From: Octopus vulgaris
Lineage: Eukaryota
DNA length: 64,000 nucleotides
Reading direction: 5' to 3'
NCBI GenBank assembly: GCA_951406725.2
Contig: OX597814.1
Coordinates: forward strand, 9,114,001 to 9,178,000
Shown piece by piece: positions 39,625-52,889 of the stretch (position 1 is its first letter; each line of letters opens with the position of its first letter). The notes beneath the pieces are model-generated. The model made no database searches. It was not told the origin of the DNA and saw only the letters and a list, made by a program, of their open reading frames with translations. Position numbers and translations under genes: made by a program.

Positions 39625-39645
39625 ATGAGGGTCAAAATATATATA
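38916..39645. repeat. (TA)n/(TAAATA) microsatellite
   Basis: Directly visible. Confidence 0.95.
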
Positions 39646-40187
39646 TGAGAGTCAAATTGTAATGCCCTTTTGTTTAGGACAGGTATAATTACCAACACAG
39701 GAACATGTCTCATACATCAAAATGAAGCTGGTCCTCTGTGGATCACATCGCTACTTCTCAACATAGTCACCGTTTCTCTCAATAGCAATGTTCCACCTAA
39801 AATGAGAGCATGTATCCATACCCCGTAAAATTCTGTTGACTGTTCTGTGAGCCACTTCTTCACTACAGTCGTCACTGGAATACTGTTTGCCTCTCAAACC
39901 TTCTTTCGTTGCACCAAAGAGATGATAGTCTGAAGGCACTAAATCTGGTGAGTGTGGAGGTAGTGAAGAAGTGGCTCAAAGAACAGTCAACAGAATTTTA
40001 CGGGGCAGGGATACATGCTTTCATTCAAAGGTGGAACATTGCTATTGAGAGAAACGGTGACTATGTTGAGAAGTAGGGATGTGATCCACAGAAGACCAGC
40101 TTCATTTTGATGTATGATACATATTCCTGTGTTGGTAATTATACCTGTCCTAAACAAAATGGCATTACTTTTTGACTCACCCTTGTA
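39645..40187. mobile_element. Mariner-derived foldback MITE made of two transposon 3' ends
   Basis: Long inverted arms (about 39650-39860 versus about 39965-40180); both carry the transposase C-terminus RWNIAIERNGDYVEK; PSDYHLF motif in the middle; TA flanks. Confidence 0.85.
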
Positions 40188-40359
40188 TATATTAGGCAGA
40201 ATGAGATAAAGCCAAGACTGTGAAGAGTTTTCAGAACATTTATAATGAAATAATCTTTCAGCTGTTTCTGGGATATTATGGATATCTCTTCATCAAAGAC
40301 AGTGTGAGAAAATATTTGAGTTCGAATTATTGTGGAAAAAGAGGAGATATGGTATAAAG

Positions 40360-40560
40360 CACCCATGCTGGCATTGCATAAAGGACATCTGGGATGGCAC
40401 CACATAAAAGCACCAGTACACTCTGTACAGTGGTTGGCATTAGAAAAGCAGTCAGATGTAGAAACCATACCAAAACCGCTGCAGCCCTCTAACTTGCCAG
40501 CTTCTTTCAAATAGTCCATTCCAGCAGGAAGACTAGATGGTAAATGATGAAGATGGTGAT
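40360..40560 (+). mobile_element. Decayed RTE-tail short element
   Basis: GGCACCACATAAAAGCACC...GTGGTTGGCATTAG...GTAGAAACC...ATGATGA. Confidence 0.65.
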
Positions 40561-40827
40561 CTCTCTCACTCTCTCTCTCTCTATCTATATATATATATAT
40601 ATATAAAGGGAAAGTTTATGAAAATAAACAAAAGACGAAGACAGGTGGTGTACAAACAGATGTATTAGTATAGTGCTCAGGAATAGAAAAAAGTCTCTTA
40701 CATTTCGAGTATATATATATATATACACACACTTTCTGCTGTTTTAAAATAAAGCATATTACTCTGCCTCTGGTATTTGAGTACTCTTTTTTCCACCTTG
40801 TTTCACATTTATGTGCTTACTCCGGTA

Positions 40828-40881
<54 letters not shown>

Positions 40882-40884
<3 letters not shown>

Positions 40885-43737
40885 GGAGTTAAACACAGGT
40901 GTTATTTAAATTCTTTTACTTCTGACATATGTTCTGGAAACAACATTGCTATTATTCCAGAAAGAAACCAAACACATCAATGAGACATTTTAGCAGAATG
41001 TGATGACTGCGTATAATGATGAAGGGGACGCTATTAAGTTATTTAAAAAAAAAAGACCGTTAGTAGATATAATGTCTAAGGTAGTTTATAGAAAGAGAAG
41101 GAAGAGAAAGAAAGAAATTAGCAGAAAACTAGTAGTGGAGAGATATAGAGCGATAGGTGAATTAGAATAAAGCTTAAAAGCATGGAAGTAGATATATTTA
41201 GTGGAAGTGAAATGTAAGAAGACAGTTAAAGGTCGAATTTTATCGATTAGTGGAAATGACTTATAGGAACTAAAGTTACGTTTCTGCCAATGTTTGCAAT
41301 GATAAACATGTTCTATAAATGTATTTATTGATATATCTAAATGTAGAGTAGTGATTAGATATTCTTTTGGACAACTGAGATGAAGAACTACCTATATAAA
41401 AAACAAAGACATCAGAACTGGAAGTAATTTTACATTGATAGAGTTTCTAGTCTTAGAATTACTGCTAAGAAAACGAATGCGATCGGAGTTGACTTCAGAA
41501 ACAACAACCCTGCTGTTATTATTTAAAGAATGGTTAGTATTAACAAAATTAATGTTAGTATTTTTCAGTAAGTGGATTTGTAGTTAACAACTTATTATTA
41601 TGCAAAGAGATGATTTGTGAAAGATTCGGTGTGAATTAATAATCAAATAGTATCTTGAGTTTTTCGATCAATTCTTTTCTATAGCTTCACGAAACTGGAA
41701 AGGGAGGTTAGATTTGATCTGCTTACCATAGGGAATTATTAAACAAACAGTTTTGCTAGGACATACCTTGTTATTAGGGTAATTATCTTTAAAATACATC
41801 GACGTACCTTAATAATGACAAAAAGGGTCTTAAATAACGGTTATCTCCCTTACACTGCAGAATTACATTACTTGATTTGGCGTCGTAATTGGAAATAAAA
41901 TTAATATTGTTAATATAACTTGATTTCATGCCCTGATTAATAGAGGTAGAATTAATGTCAATAGGGTTAATAAAGGTAATGTTTTTCTTTATAGCTGGTC
42001 TCTTTCTTTGACAATAAAGACATTAAACAGCCATCAAACGATCCAACTGAAGAATTCAAAAAATTGTTTAAATCTAAAAACAATCCTCCACCTAACCCAA
42101 GATTGAAACAGTTTGAAGACGATTTCTGGTCTATCGTGAGGAATGTGAAACTCCACCGTTCACCCTTAAGGAATAAACATCTGACGTATCTTCACAATAT
42201 CACCAACGAAATTCATAGCATTGTTGGGATACTGGTTCAATTGGATAAAACAGGAAACCTGTACAGGTGTACCAAAGAGTATTACCTGGAATTGCTTAGA
42301 AAAGAAATACAAAAGAATTATAGGATTATCGGTAAAATTACAATCAGGAAAGCCAACTTTGAGGCTAAAACAATTATGGAGAAATATGACTTGCAGATGA
42401 AGACTGAAACCCTTGGTCCTAAACAACCTCATTTTATTTTAAAAGATCACAAATAAATTATATTTAATAATCCATTCTTTACGACCTATTTGTCCTTCTA
42501 GCTCTGACATTGGTGTAATAAGTAAAAATACTCTAGACAAATATATTCCTATCTTAGTTAAAAAAATTTAAGCTTAATTTATGGTCAAATTCGTTCCAAG
42601 TGGTCGACTGCTTTAATTCTAACAAGAAGTGCACTAAGTTTATCCGGTTTGACATTTCTAGTTTCTATTCCTAATCAACCTAATTGTAATTAACAAGGCA
42701 CTCTGGCTAGCTCACAACAAAGCACGTCTCACTAGGGATGAAATTAATGTCGTGTTGGCTGCCAGAAAATCTATTATTAAATTTCATAACATGCTGTGGG
42801 TGGGTCCATAAAGATACACCAGACAGTTTTGATGTCACGATGGTCAGTTCTGATTCAGCACAACTGGTTGATTTGGTTTGTATATATATCCTTTATGAGA
42901 TTCCTTTATGAGATGGCTGACCAATTCCCAAACATCAGTGGAGGTCTATATCATGATAATTGTCTACTCTACCTTCAAAATGCTTCTAACCAAAAATTAG
43001 AAAGGGTTACGAATAGCTTCATTAAATCTTTCCAAAACATGGGCTTAAGCATTGTTTTTGACGATGTTATAACTAAAGCCAACTTTTTGAATATTTCCCT
43101 CAACTTACATAATGATTCATATTTCCCACACAATAAACCCTCAACTAATTTAAAATATATTAGCCCTTTCAGTAATCACTCTATTACAAAGAATTTAGTT
43201 AGGAATATTTCACTTAGTTCTAGATTATCTGCTAATGTCGACACCTTCAAACATAAAGCTGAATATTATAACTCTGCCTTTCTTAAAGCAGGTTATAAAG
43301 AAAAACATTACCTTTTATTAAGCTTATTGATATTAATTCTACCTCTATTAATCAGGGCATGAAATCAAGTTATAAATATATTAACAATATTAATTTTATT
43401 TCCAATTACGACGCCAAATCAAGTAATGTAATTCTGCAGTGTAAGGGAGATAACCGTTATTTAAGACCCTTTTTGTCATTATTAAGGTACGTCGATGTCT
43501 TTTAAAGATAATTACCCTAATAACAAGGTATGTCCCAGCAAAACTGTTTGTTTAATAATTCCCTATGGTAAGCAGATCAAATCTAACCCCCCTTTCCAGT
43601 TTCGTGAAGTTATAGAAAAGAATTTCCCGAAATCTCAAGATATATTTGATTATTAATTCACACCGAATTAGGATAGGTTTTTTTCTAACACAAAAAACTT
43701 TCACAGATCATCTCTTTGCATAATAATGAGTTGTTAT
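40882..43737. mobile_element. Penelope-like element with inverted structure (GIY-YIG half on -, RT half on +)
   Basis: Minus strand about 41300-41450: LYQCKITSSSDVFVFYIGSSSSQLSKRISNH. Plus strand 42064-43320: DKTGNLY, LKDHK, GGLYHDN, NFLNISLNL. Inverted repeat 41585-41963 / 43325-43737. Confidence 0.85.
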
Positions 43738-43748
43738 ATATATATATA

Positions 43749-44168
43749 AACAAAGTTGAACACACATACACGAGGTGTGTGTGTTGTTAGTTTGTCGGGT
43801 AACTGCACTTTTAGGCATAAGAGAATAGAATTTCAATACGCTTGGTGTGAAAACACACAAAAGAGGTCACAGCCAAGAGAGACAACTCACATCAGATCCC
43901 TTTTTTTTTCAGAGGGCGAGACATTAATGTGTTGCCATTGTTCTGACTTATCAATGCCGTGTATCAACCAAAGAGCCTGCTGTGAGCTGTCAAACTGGAT
44001 ATGACACTATATGTTAAATGGTTTAAGAACCATCTGTAAGCATGTCCCAACATATCATGCCATGGAAAAGATTCAAATATGAATTAGAAGCAGCATAAGG
44101 TAAATGAACAAAGTCGAACACACATACATGAGGTGTGTGTGTGTTGTTCGTTTGTCAGGTGGCTGCAA
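43749..44168. repeat. About 420-bp unit bounded by direct repeats of about 60 bp
   Basis: AACAAAGTYGAACACACATACAYGAGGTGTGTGTG...TTTGTCRGGTRRCTGCA at 43749 and 44107; TA on both sides. Confidence 0.7.
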
Positions 44169-44174
44169 TATATA

Positions 44175-45230
44175 TTAGAGAGAGGAGACCGTACCCCCAC
44201 TCAGGTAGGTGACCCTGTCCGAAAGGTATAGGCTGGAATTTCATATGGTGCACCCAGTGTAAGCTACGGACACACAACAGGTGCAGTGGATTAATAGGTA
44301 GCTTATCAAGAGAAGACGGTTTTCATATGTGGAAGATGCACAAGATCCATAAAAAAACTTTAGAGACTCAGGAAGTTGATTCTCTCAAATGCCCGGGTGA
44401 CTCATTATAGGTTGTATATAACTTCTGCTACCAAGGAGACCAAATTAGTAGTGGGGGGGGGGATGCATGAAGAGTGTGAAAGCTAGAATAATAATAGGAT
44501 GGAGAAAGTTCGGAGAGCTGTTACTTCTGCTGGTTACGAAAGATTTCTCTTTCTGAGTGAAAGGAAGACTGTACAATGCATGTATATGGACAGCAATTCT
44601 ACATGATAGTGAGATGTGAATGCAGAGGATATGTGAAGGTTAAAGAGGAATGAGGCTAGTATGCTCTGCCGGATATGTAATGTAAGGTTCAACAAAGTGC
44701 CAGTGTTTTGAAAGAGAAGTCAGGCATAAGAGGAATGCGATGCAGTGTGCAAGAGAGAAGCCTGCAATGATTCGGTCATGTGATGCACACAGCTCCATAG
44801 AAAAAAGTGATATTCTTTCAAAGGAGATGGAACACATAGAGGAGGGAGACCTAGGAAAACATGGGAAGAAGTGCTGAGGAATGACATTAGGACATTAAAA
44901 TTTCAGGCAAGGTGACAAAGGACTGAAACGACTGGCATCCTGCTGTACTCAAGAAGACCCATAGACCTTGAGCAGATCAAGAAGATGTACAGCAGAAGTG
45001 TCAACACCAGTCCCCATCATAGTGAGGATTGACTTGCAAGATTCCTGGGCTGGTGCCATGTAAAAGTCCAAATATAGCACGATGTAAAAATGCCAAGCAC
45101 TCTCTGTAAAGTGGTTGGTGTTAGAAAGGGCATCCAGTCATAGAAACCACTCCAAAGCAGACTGGAGCCTGGTGAAGCCCACTTCCCAGCTTGCCAGCTC
45201 TGGTCAAATCACCTACTCATGCCAGCAGGG
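44175..45230 (+). mobile_element. Old decayed RTE 3' portion
   Basis: Remnants of the PHD region, RNEASML, GRPRKTW and the AGGGCATCCAG tail. Confidence 0.7.
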
Positions 45231-45648
45231 TAATATGGGTAATAACCATATAATAACCTATCATCTTCCCAACAACAATCTTGGGTAGCTTTTTCAGTTC
45301 CATATGTTTAACACTCGTGGACACGTTAACAATATCAAAAACCAACACACCCTCCAAGACTTTCAGAGACATTTTTGCACTCTCGGAATTGCTGAAGCAT
45401 GGAATAAACTACTCACATCAGTCTTTAGCCATCAAGGCACTGCATCCTTCAAAACTTTCATGCTTTCAGAAATTCACCAACAGTACACCTGATGTCTCCT
45501 CCTCCTCCTCTTCTTCTTCTTCTTCTTCTTCTTCTTCTCCTCCTCCTCCTCCTCCTGTACCTCTAGCAGGATTATTACATGCAGCCTACAGTTCCGTGGT
45601 AATCGTTCTTTTCAGCTACCTAATACTTTCTTGATTATTATTATTATT

Positions 45649-46204
45649 GAGTGAGAGAGCAGTGCATGCCATCAAAGTGACAATGGGGTACAAATATATG
45701 AAGTCCAGTATAACCATCATCACTACCTGTCTGATAAGAGGACACCAGATATATGCATCACAAACCATATGTGTGCAACACCTTAACCTCATATCAAAAT
45801 AAACAGTGCATGACCTTCAAGGTGAGGGCCCAGTTAGAATTTTCTTCAGGTTGAGTAGGCCATGCTGGTCAAAAGGTCATTGAATAAGGGTTGTTTAAGG
45901 ATATTGAATGAAACACCCATGTTTCCAAAAGTGAATTATCCAAACCCCAAAGAATCCCTCTCAACACATGGCTATGATGGTCCCCCACTACTTCTGCTCG
46001 TGATCAGAGATGCACATATCGTCAGCCACTAAGGGACATGCTCAACTGGTTAAGGTCAAACAACTGACAAGCAAATCTGTGATATTGAGCAGAATATTTG
46101 CTGTAACCCATCTTTTATACCAGACAAAACAATGTACATGATAACACTTCCATTCAGTTAAGATCAGAAGCCATGGGAACCACTGCTTGGTACTGCATCA
46201 GGGC
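45649..46204 (-). mobile_element. Non-coding interspersed repeat in (TAA)n, copy 1
   Basis: Reverse-complement similarity along its length to 47576-48030; strand assignment is arbitrary. Confidence 0.8.
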
Positions 46205-46689
46205 GGCAGCATCGTCGTCATCATCATCATCATCATTTTACTATTGTTGTTGTTATTATTATTATTATTATTATTATTCATTTGTGCTCTTCTAAGGTTA
46301 TTGGCTATCATATGCTAATCATATGCTATCATACTGCAGAAATATTCCTTTTGCTGGATATACATGTGGGAATCAATTAGTATATACAAAATCCATGCTA
46401 AAAAAATTCATAATACCAGAAAATGGAATGAACCGGATTTAATCAAAATGTGGGCATTAGCAACAGCTGTCACTTGCTGAGTGTTTCATATAATACACAT
46501 ATTATATAAATATAAAAATTGGATGCAGCAATAGCTGGGCACTCACACAACCTCAGGTGAGTGGCTTTGAGAGCAGTGATGGATCACCTATTGTTTCCCC
46601 CTTGTTTTATACTGACATTCATGTTTTACAATTCTCTTGATAAAGAGCAACATGTAGATTCAAACAGACACAAGTTATTAAAAAATACC

Positions 46690-47197
46690 AAATAAATTAA
46701 AGGAAACAAACTACTAGAAAGTAAGTATTACAAGATGTTGTGGGAGTTTAACATTCAGACTGACAGAGTAATAGAAGCTAGAAGGCCTGGTTTAGTAGCA
46801 GTAGATAAAGAGAATAGAAAGTGCCAGATAATTGACTTTACAGTCCCAAATGATGAGAAAGTCAATATAAATGGTTTAGAAAAAAATAGCAAAGTACCAG
46901 GACCCAACCACTGAATTACAGAGACTATGGAAAGGGCGGAGAAAATGTATCCCAGTAGTTATAGGTGCATTGGGAACTATCCCTAAAGATCTGAACAGAT
47001 GGATAGAGAAAATAGACATAAAACCCTGTTTAGTACAGTTCCAGAAAACAGTGTTATTAGGGACAGCTAGGACACTTAGGAGGGTTCTTGGCATTCATGG
47101 TTATTTGTTGTAACCCGATGTTAGGAATTTTTCTTTTCAACAGTCTAATCTGTTGAGTGTATATGAATAATAATAATGATAATAATAATAATAATAT
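46690..47197 (+). mobile_element. R4/Dong-type LINE 3' fragment (REL endonuclease)
   Basis: LWEFNIQTDRVIEARRPGLV..CQIIDFTVP..IPVVIGALG..QKTVLLGTARTLRRVL, then (TAA)n. Confidence 0.82.
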
Positions 47198-47572
47198 AAA
47201 GATTTGCTCATTGAAATTGGAAAATGTGGTTACAATGCCAGTGATTGTAAGAACAATTGGACTGATCAAAAAAGGAACTGAAAATTATATGAGAATGACC
47301 CCAGCACAAGAAGTACAAATGGTTGTTTTAACTGATATGTTACATGTTGAGTAGAAAATTGTTGATATGAGAATGATAACCATCCATGTAAATTTTGTTT
47401 TCTACATAACTTCATCTGATTTTGTGAATGAACAACCTGGTGTGTTTATTTTAATTGCCTATCAATGAACAAAGTGAGTTTTTTTTCCCTAGGTGTCAGG
47501 AAGACACTCAGCAAGAAATGGAAACAAAATTGAAAGGAAAACAAATAATAATAATAATAAAAAATAATAATA
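47198..47572 (+). mobile_element. Second R4/Dong-type 3' tip
   Basis: TMPVIVRTIGLIKKG..EVQMVVL, a 3' UTR, then (TAA)n. Confidence 0.6.
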
Positions 47573-47575
47573 CAT

Positions 47576-48030
47576 GCCCTGATGCTCTTCCAGGCAGTGG
47601 CCCTCATGACTTTTGGATGTGTTATCATGTACATTGTTTTGGTATAAAAGATGGGCTGCAGCAATTATTCTGCTCAATACCACAGATTTACTTGTCAGTT
47701 GTTTGACTGTAACCAGTTGAGCCATGTGTTGAGAGGAATTCTTTGGAGTTTGAATAATTCATCCCTGGAAATATGGGTGTTTTGTACATCACCTTTATTC
47801 AGGGACCTTTTTAGAAGGATGGGCTACTCAACCTGAAGGAAATTCTAACTGGGCCCCACTTGCAAGGTCATGCACTATTTATCTTGATATGAGATCACCA
47901 TGTCACATACATATGGTTGTGATGCATGTGCCTGGTGTATCCTTTTCAGATGGGTAGTCATGGTGGGTATACTGGGCTTCGTATATTTATACCCCAGTGT
48001 CACTTTGATGGCGTCTATTGCCCTTTCACT
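47576..48030 (+). mobile_element. Non-coding interspersed repeat in (TAA)n, copy 2
   Basis: Homologous to 45649-46204 in the opposite orientation; TAA tracts on both sides. Confidence 0.8.
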
Positions 48031-48072
48031 CAATATTAATAATGATGATAATAATAATAATAATAATAATAA

Positions 48073-50714
48073 CATCCTTATGTGGTGTAAAGATTAGAAA
48101 ATGGCAACATTCCCACAAAAAGCCTTCTTGGCAAGAGCGTTTGCAACAACAAATTAAACTATTTAGATCTGACATTGAATATTTGAAAAACCTTAAGGTT
48201 CACAAGACTACCAAACCTACAAAAACCCCAAAATTAATGAAAAAATATAATATGAAAACTACACTTGATATTGATGCCACCATAGAAACCATCAAACAAA
48301 AGGTATCTGCAAAAGCTGCCGGCATAGCGAGATATGATAAGCGTGTTAGATGTTCAAAAATAACCCCAAAAATGTTTACAGGAAGATAGGGAAAACAGCA
48401 GTTACTGTAAGGTCTGTACCATCAAAAGAAGAAGTGCAGGGATTTTAGAATAAAATTTGGGCAGAAGAAATAACACACAACGAAAAGACCCCCTGGATTG
48501 ATAGAATATCTACAGAACTGGACTCCTTAGAAGAGCAAAAGTAGCAGGGTGTCAAGGTAGAAGATATAAGATCTGCTCTCAGGAGGTCAAGCAAATTGAA
48601 GTCTCCAGGAAAGGATAAAATTCCTAACTTCTGGATAGACTATAAAAAGGCTTTTGATAGCCTACCACATAGCTGGATTAAGAAATGCCTGGAAATGTAT
48701 AAGATAGCACCTACTCTGCAAAACTTTTTGTCTGCAAGTATGAGATCATGGAGAACCACACTAACTTTGAACAGTGACAGTGAATCCCTAAATGCTGGTG
48801 ATGTAAAAATTTCATGTGGCATTTTCCAGGGTGACTCACTATCACCACTCCTCTTTTGTTTAGCCTTAATACCTCTCTCAAAACTGCTCAATGATGCACA
48901 GTACAGATATAAAATGTTGGATAAAAATATAAATCATCTCATTTACATGGATGATTTAAAGCTCTTTGCAAAAAATGACCAACAACTCAAGGGCTTAGTA
49001 GCGATAGTCAAACAATTCAGTGACAACATCAGAATACAATTTGGCCTCGATAAATGTGCAAAAGCTACCTTTATCAAAGGAAAAATGACAGAAACATCTA
49101 ACGTTAACCTTGACCAGCAGAATGTCATAAAAGAATTAGACCCAGCGGAGAGCTACAAGTACCTAGGGGTAATTGAAGGGGACGGAATAAGGCATTCACA
49201 AATGAAGGAAAGGATCAGGAGAGAATGTTATCGAAGAGTGAGAGCAATACTCAAGACAGAGCTGAATGCAAGAAACAGGATTGAAGCAATCAATGCATTA
49301 GCCATATCAGTCGTAACTTACAGTTTTAATATCGTTAACTGGTCAATTACTGAAATATGTCAGCTTGACAGAAAAATACGAAAACTGTTGACAATGCATA
49401 GAATGCACCACCCTAAGGCAGATACAGAACGACTTTATCTGCCAAGAAAAGAGGGAGGCCCTGGTCTTTTACAACTGGCAATAACAATGAAGATTGCTAC
49501 AATTGGCCTAGACACCTACCTGAAAAAGTCTGAGGACTGGATGTTAAAACTTGTCTCAAAACATGAAAACAAGAAAGCATCATACTCAGTAACAAAACAG
49601 GCAAAGGAATATCTAAGTGAATTCTGAATACAACAAATTTCGGAATTAGAGATAGACATACAAGAAACAAGCACAGAAAAAGCTAAGCGCATGAAAACCC
49701 GTGCTAAAACTGCGGCCTTAGATATTCTGAATGATAAATGGCAAGAAAAACCTCTCTATGGCAAATACCCAAAGAGAGCGAATAATGCAGATATTGACAA
49801 AGCCCGGACCCATCAATGGCTAATGGCCTCTGGCTTAAAATCTGAAACAGAGGGGTTTATCATAACAGCTCAAGATCAATGCCTACCAACAAGAAACTAC
49901 CAGGCCAACATATTAAAGAACGGCAGTAGCCCAACATGTCGTGTATGCCGACAACAAAATGAAACCATTGATCATGTTGTCTCCAAGTGCAGTCTTCTAG
50001 TGCCTACAGAGTACCTCAACAGGCATGATAGAGCTGCACAATATATTCACTGGGTAATTTGCAAAAACCTGGATTTACCCCATGGAAAAAACTGGTGGGA
50101 ACACAATCCACCGCCAGTGCTTGAAAATGATCACATTTCGCTCCTCTGGAATTTCCCCATTCAAACTGACAGAAAGATAGATGCAAACAGGCCAGACATC
50201 ATATTGAAAGACTTCAAACAAAGAACATGCCTCCTCATTGATATGACTGTTCCAATCGATATAAACGTATCTGTCAAGACCTACCAAAAACTGAGCAAAT
50301 ATAAAAATCTTGAAATAGAAATCAGCAAAATGTGGAACCTGAAGACTAAAACAATACCTGTTGTCATCGGTGCCCTGGGAATGATAGCGAAAGGGGCTGA
50401 TCGCTACCTAACTCAGATACCAGGAAACCCCAAAATGGCAGAAATTCAAAAGATAGTGCTCATGGGAACTGTTCATATCCTACGCAAAATACTTTCTATG
50501 TAATCTCAAGGTTTAAAACAAACAATTTTTTTTTTTTATTTATTTATTAGACATTCACTAGTACAACACCAAAAAAACCCCAAATATATGGCACACTAGG
50601 CATAACAACAACGTGAACTTCCAACCTGTTGTCTCTTGAGGTCTCTGGGTGAGACTTGGAGCCAACTTGTACAAATATAAAGCAAAAGTCAAACATATAA
50701 TAATAATAATAATG

Positions 50715-50757
<43 letters not shown>
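48073..50757 (+). mobile_element. R4/Dong-type LINE (RT plus CCHC plus REL endonuclease), 5'-truncated pseudogene
   Basis: IDYKKAFDS, GIFQGDSLSP, YMDD, YKYLG, CRVC..ETIDHVVSKC, RHD, NRPDII..LIDMTVP..KLSKY; internal deletion near 48633; (TAA)n on both sides. Confidence 0.92.
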
Positions 50758-50759
<2 letters not shown>

Positions 50760-52840
50760 GAAGGAAGCGGGTGGAGTCTCCCCATGTCCTGATTAATGAT
50801 ACATCTAGTGATGATGTCACAATAAAACACTGGTAATTGCACAACCTGATAATTTCTACCTCATATGAGTGACAATGAAAAAACGAAATATTGTGAATGA
50901 TGGTGGTAATGAAACTGAAGCCCTTGATGTTGACAGTGTTACACCCGCAGGCTCCGAGAATCTGGTCTGGCTCCAGCCTGTCGATATCCAGAAAGGGACC
51001 ACCACACACAGCGTAGAAAGAGCAAGCAAATTAATGCTGTGGTCATGGAGTGTTACTACCTGAGCAGCCAGGTAGATGAAAATGGTGCTCAAATTAGGGG
51101 TTATGGGATGAAGCTAGAGCAATAAGAAAAAATAGTTGATTCACAGAAGTAGAGCTCGAAGCTATCAAAAGGCGGGTCCTGGAAAATAGCAGCAGAAATA
51201 ACGATGAGAATAGAGTTCTTACTAATAAGTATAGTCTCATAGCACAGGAAAGGAGCAATGGTAGTTTACTTGATGAGAGACATATAGATGATCTAAAAGA
51301 AGACAATAAAACTAATGGCAGCATGACAGACGAACAAAAGGCAATCTATGCCAGAATAAAGGCAAGACTACAGGAGAACGATAACGACACTATTTGCAAT
51401 ATTAAACAGGCTGATTGATGGGAATTGAACCAAGAAACGAAAAATGTCAATGACATTCTGAAATACATCAGAACAAACAACATCACAGAAACAAATAATT
51501 TGATCAAGGCAGCAAGCATTGTTGCAGCAGAAAATGTGGGTATCAATATCATGACCAGAAAAAGAAACACAATGGGAGTGACAAAAGAAAAGATCCATGG
51601 TGGAAAAGAAGGATCCTGGCAGGGTTAGACATGCTCTCGAAGGAAATTTCTGTGTTAGACTGAAAAGAGAAAGGGAGCTTAAAAGTGAACAAAAATACAG
51701 GGCGCTGAAAAGGAAGTATAATATTGAAAGAAAGGGCCTGAAAGTGGTAATGGAGGAACTGAAACAGTGCCTTGTTGCAAAGAAAGCAAAGAGGGTAAGA
51801 TATGACCAAAGAATGAAGGGTTACCACCAGAACAGATTTTTAAATTTAGATCAGAAGAGATTCTATAAAGAAATAAATGGAGAGTGTACAGGTGAAAAGT
51901 TGATACCAGATAATATCGAAAGTCAAAGGTCTTGGAGTGACATCTGGAGCAAAGAAAAGGAGCACAAGAAGAATGCTGAATGGTTGCAAGAACTGAAACA
52001 AACAGTGGTCTGTCCAAAACAGGCAGAACTTGCCATTTCAGTTAGGGAAGTGAAGGAAATCAGCAAAAAAGAAAAAAAAAATAGGCAACTGGAAGGCACC
52101 GGGACCAGATGGAGTTCAAGGTTACTGGATCAAGAGATTTGGTGACTGTCACGCACGAATAGCTTCACAACTCAACACCTTGTTAAATGTCGACCAAGGA
52201 ACACCAGAGTGGTTGACATTGGGTAGGACAGTGCTGTGCCTGAAAAACATTGAAGAAGGCAATACAGTAGACAATTACAGGCTGATGTCCTGTTTGCCAC
52301 TTATGTAGAAGTTCTTGACTGGAATACTCGCAGAGTCGATGTAAGAACGTCTGTAAGAACGTCTGCCGCATGAGCAGAAGAGTTGCAAGTATAAGTGCAG
52401 AAGTATCAAGGATCAACTCCTGATAGATAAAAATGTACTGAGAGACTGCAAGAGGAGGAAAAGTAACTTAGCCATGTCATGGATTAACTATCGTAAGGCA
52501 TATGTTATGATTCCACGTTCTTGGATTATGGAGTGTATGAGCCTATTTGGTAATGCATCAAGTGTTGAGCGATTGCTTGGTAAAAGTATGGCGAATTGGA
52601 GGACGGACCTGACAGTATACAGAAGAAGTTTAGGGACAGGAGAAATTAGGAGGGGCATCTTCCAAGGAGACTGTCTGTCCCCACTGATCTTTGTACTGTG
52701 CTTGATACCACTAACACTGATTCTGAGGAAAGCAAAGGCTGGGTGTGTATTCAAAAGCCGCCAACAAAAAGTCAACCATTTGTTATTCGTGGATGACCTC
52801 AAACTTTATGGTGAAGATGAAGCCCAAGTCAGTTCCCTGA
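50758..52840 (+). mobile_element. R4/Dong-type LINE 5' half, decayed
   Basis: N-terminal VMECYYLS region, [32 protein letters not shown]; many stops. Confidence 0.82.
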
Positions 52841-52889
52841 CTTCTATTATCCTTTATATTTATTAATAATATAAATATATATTAAGTTA

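Noticed and set aside
40200-40335. Minus-strand peptide FSHTVFDEEISIISQKQ as a possible extra PARP14 exon
   Set aside because: No usable donor or acceptor, and the 54205-54410 exon already supplies this region in the correct phase.
40918-40965. Fourth hammerhead at the Penelope end (minus strand GAA-CATATG-TC-AGAA)
   Set aside because: Stem III and stem I are plausible, but the CUGANGA core is not recognisable.
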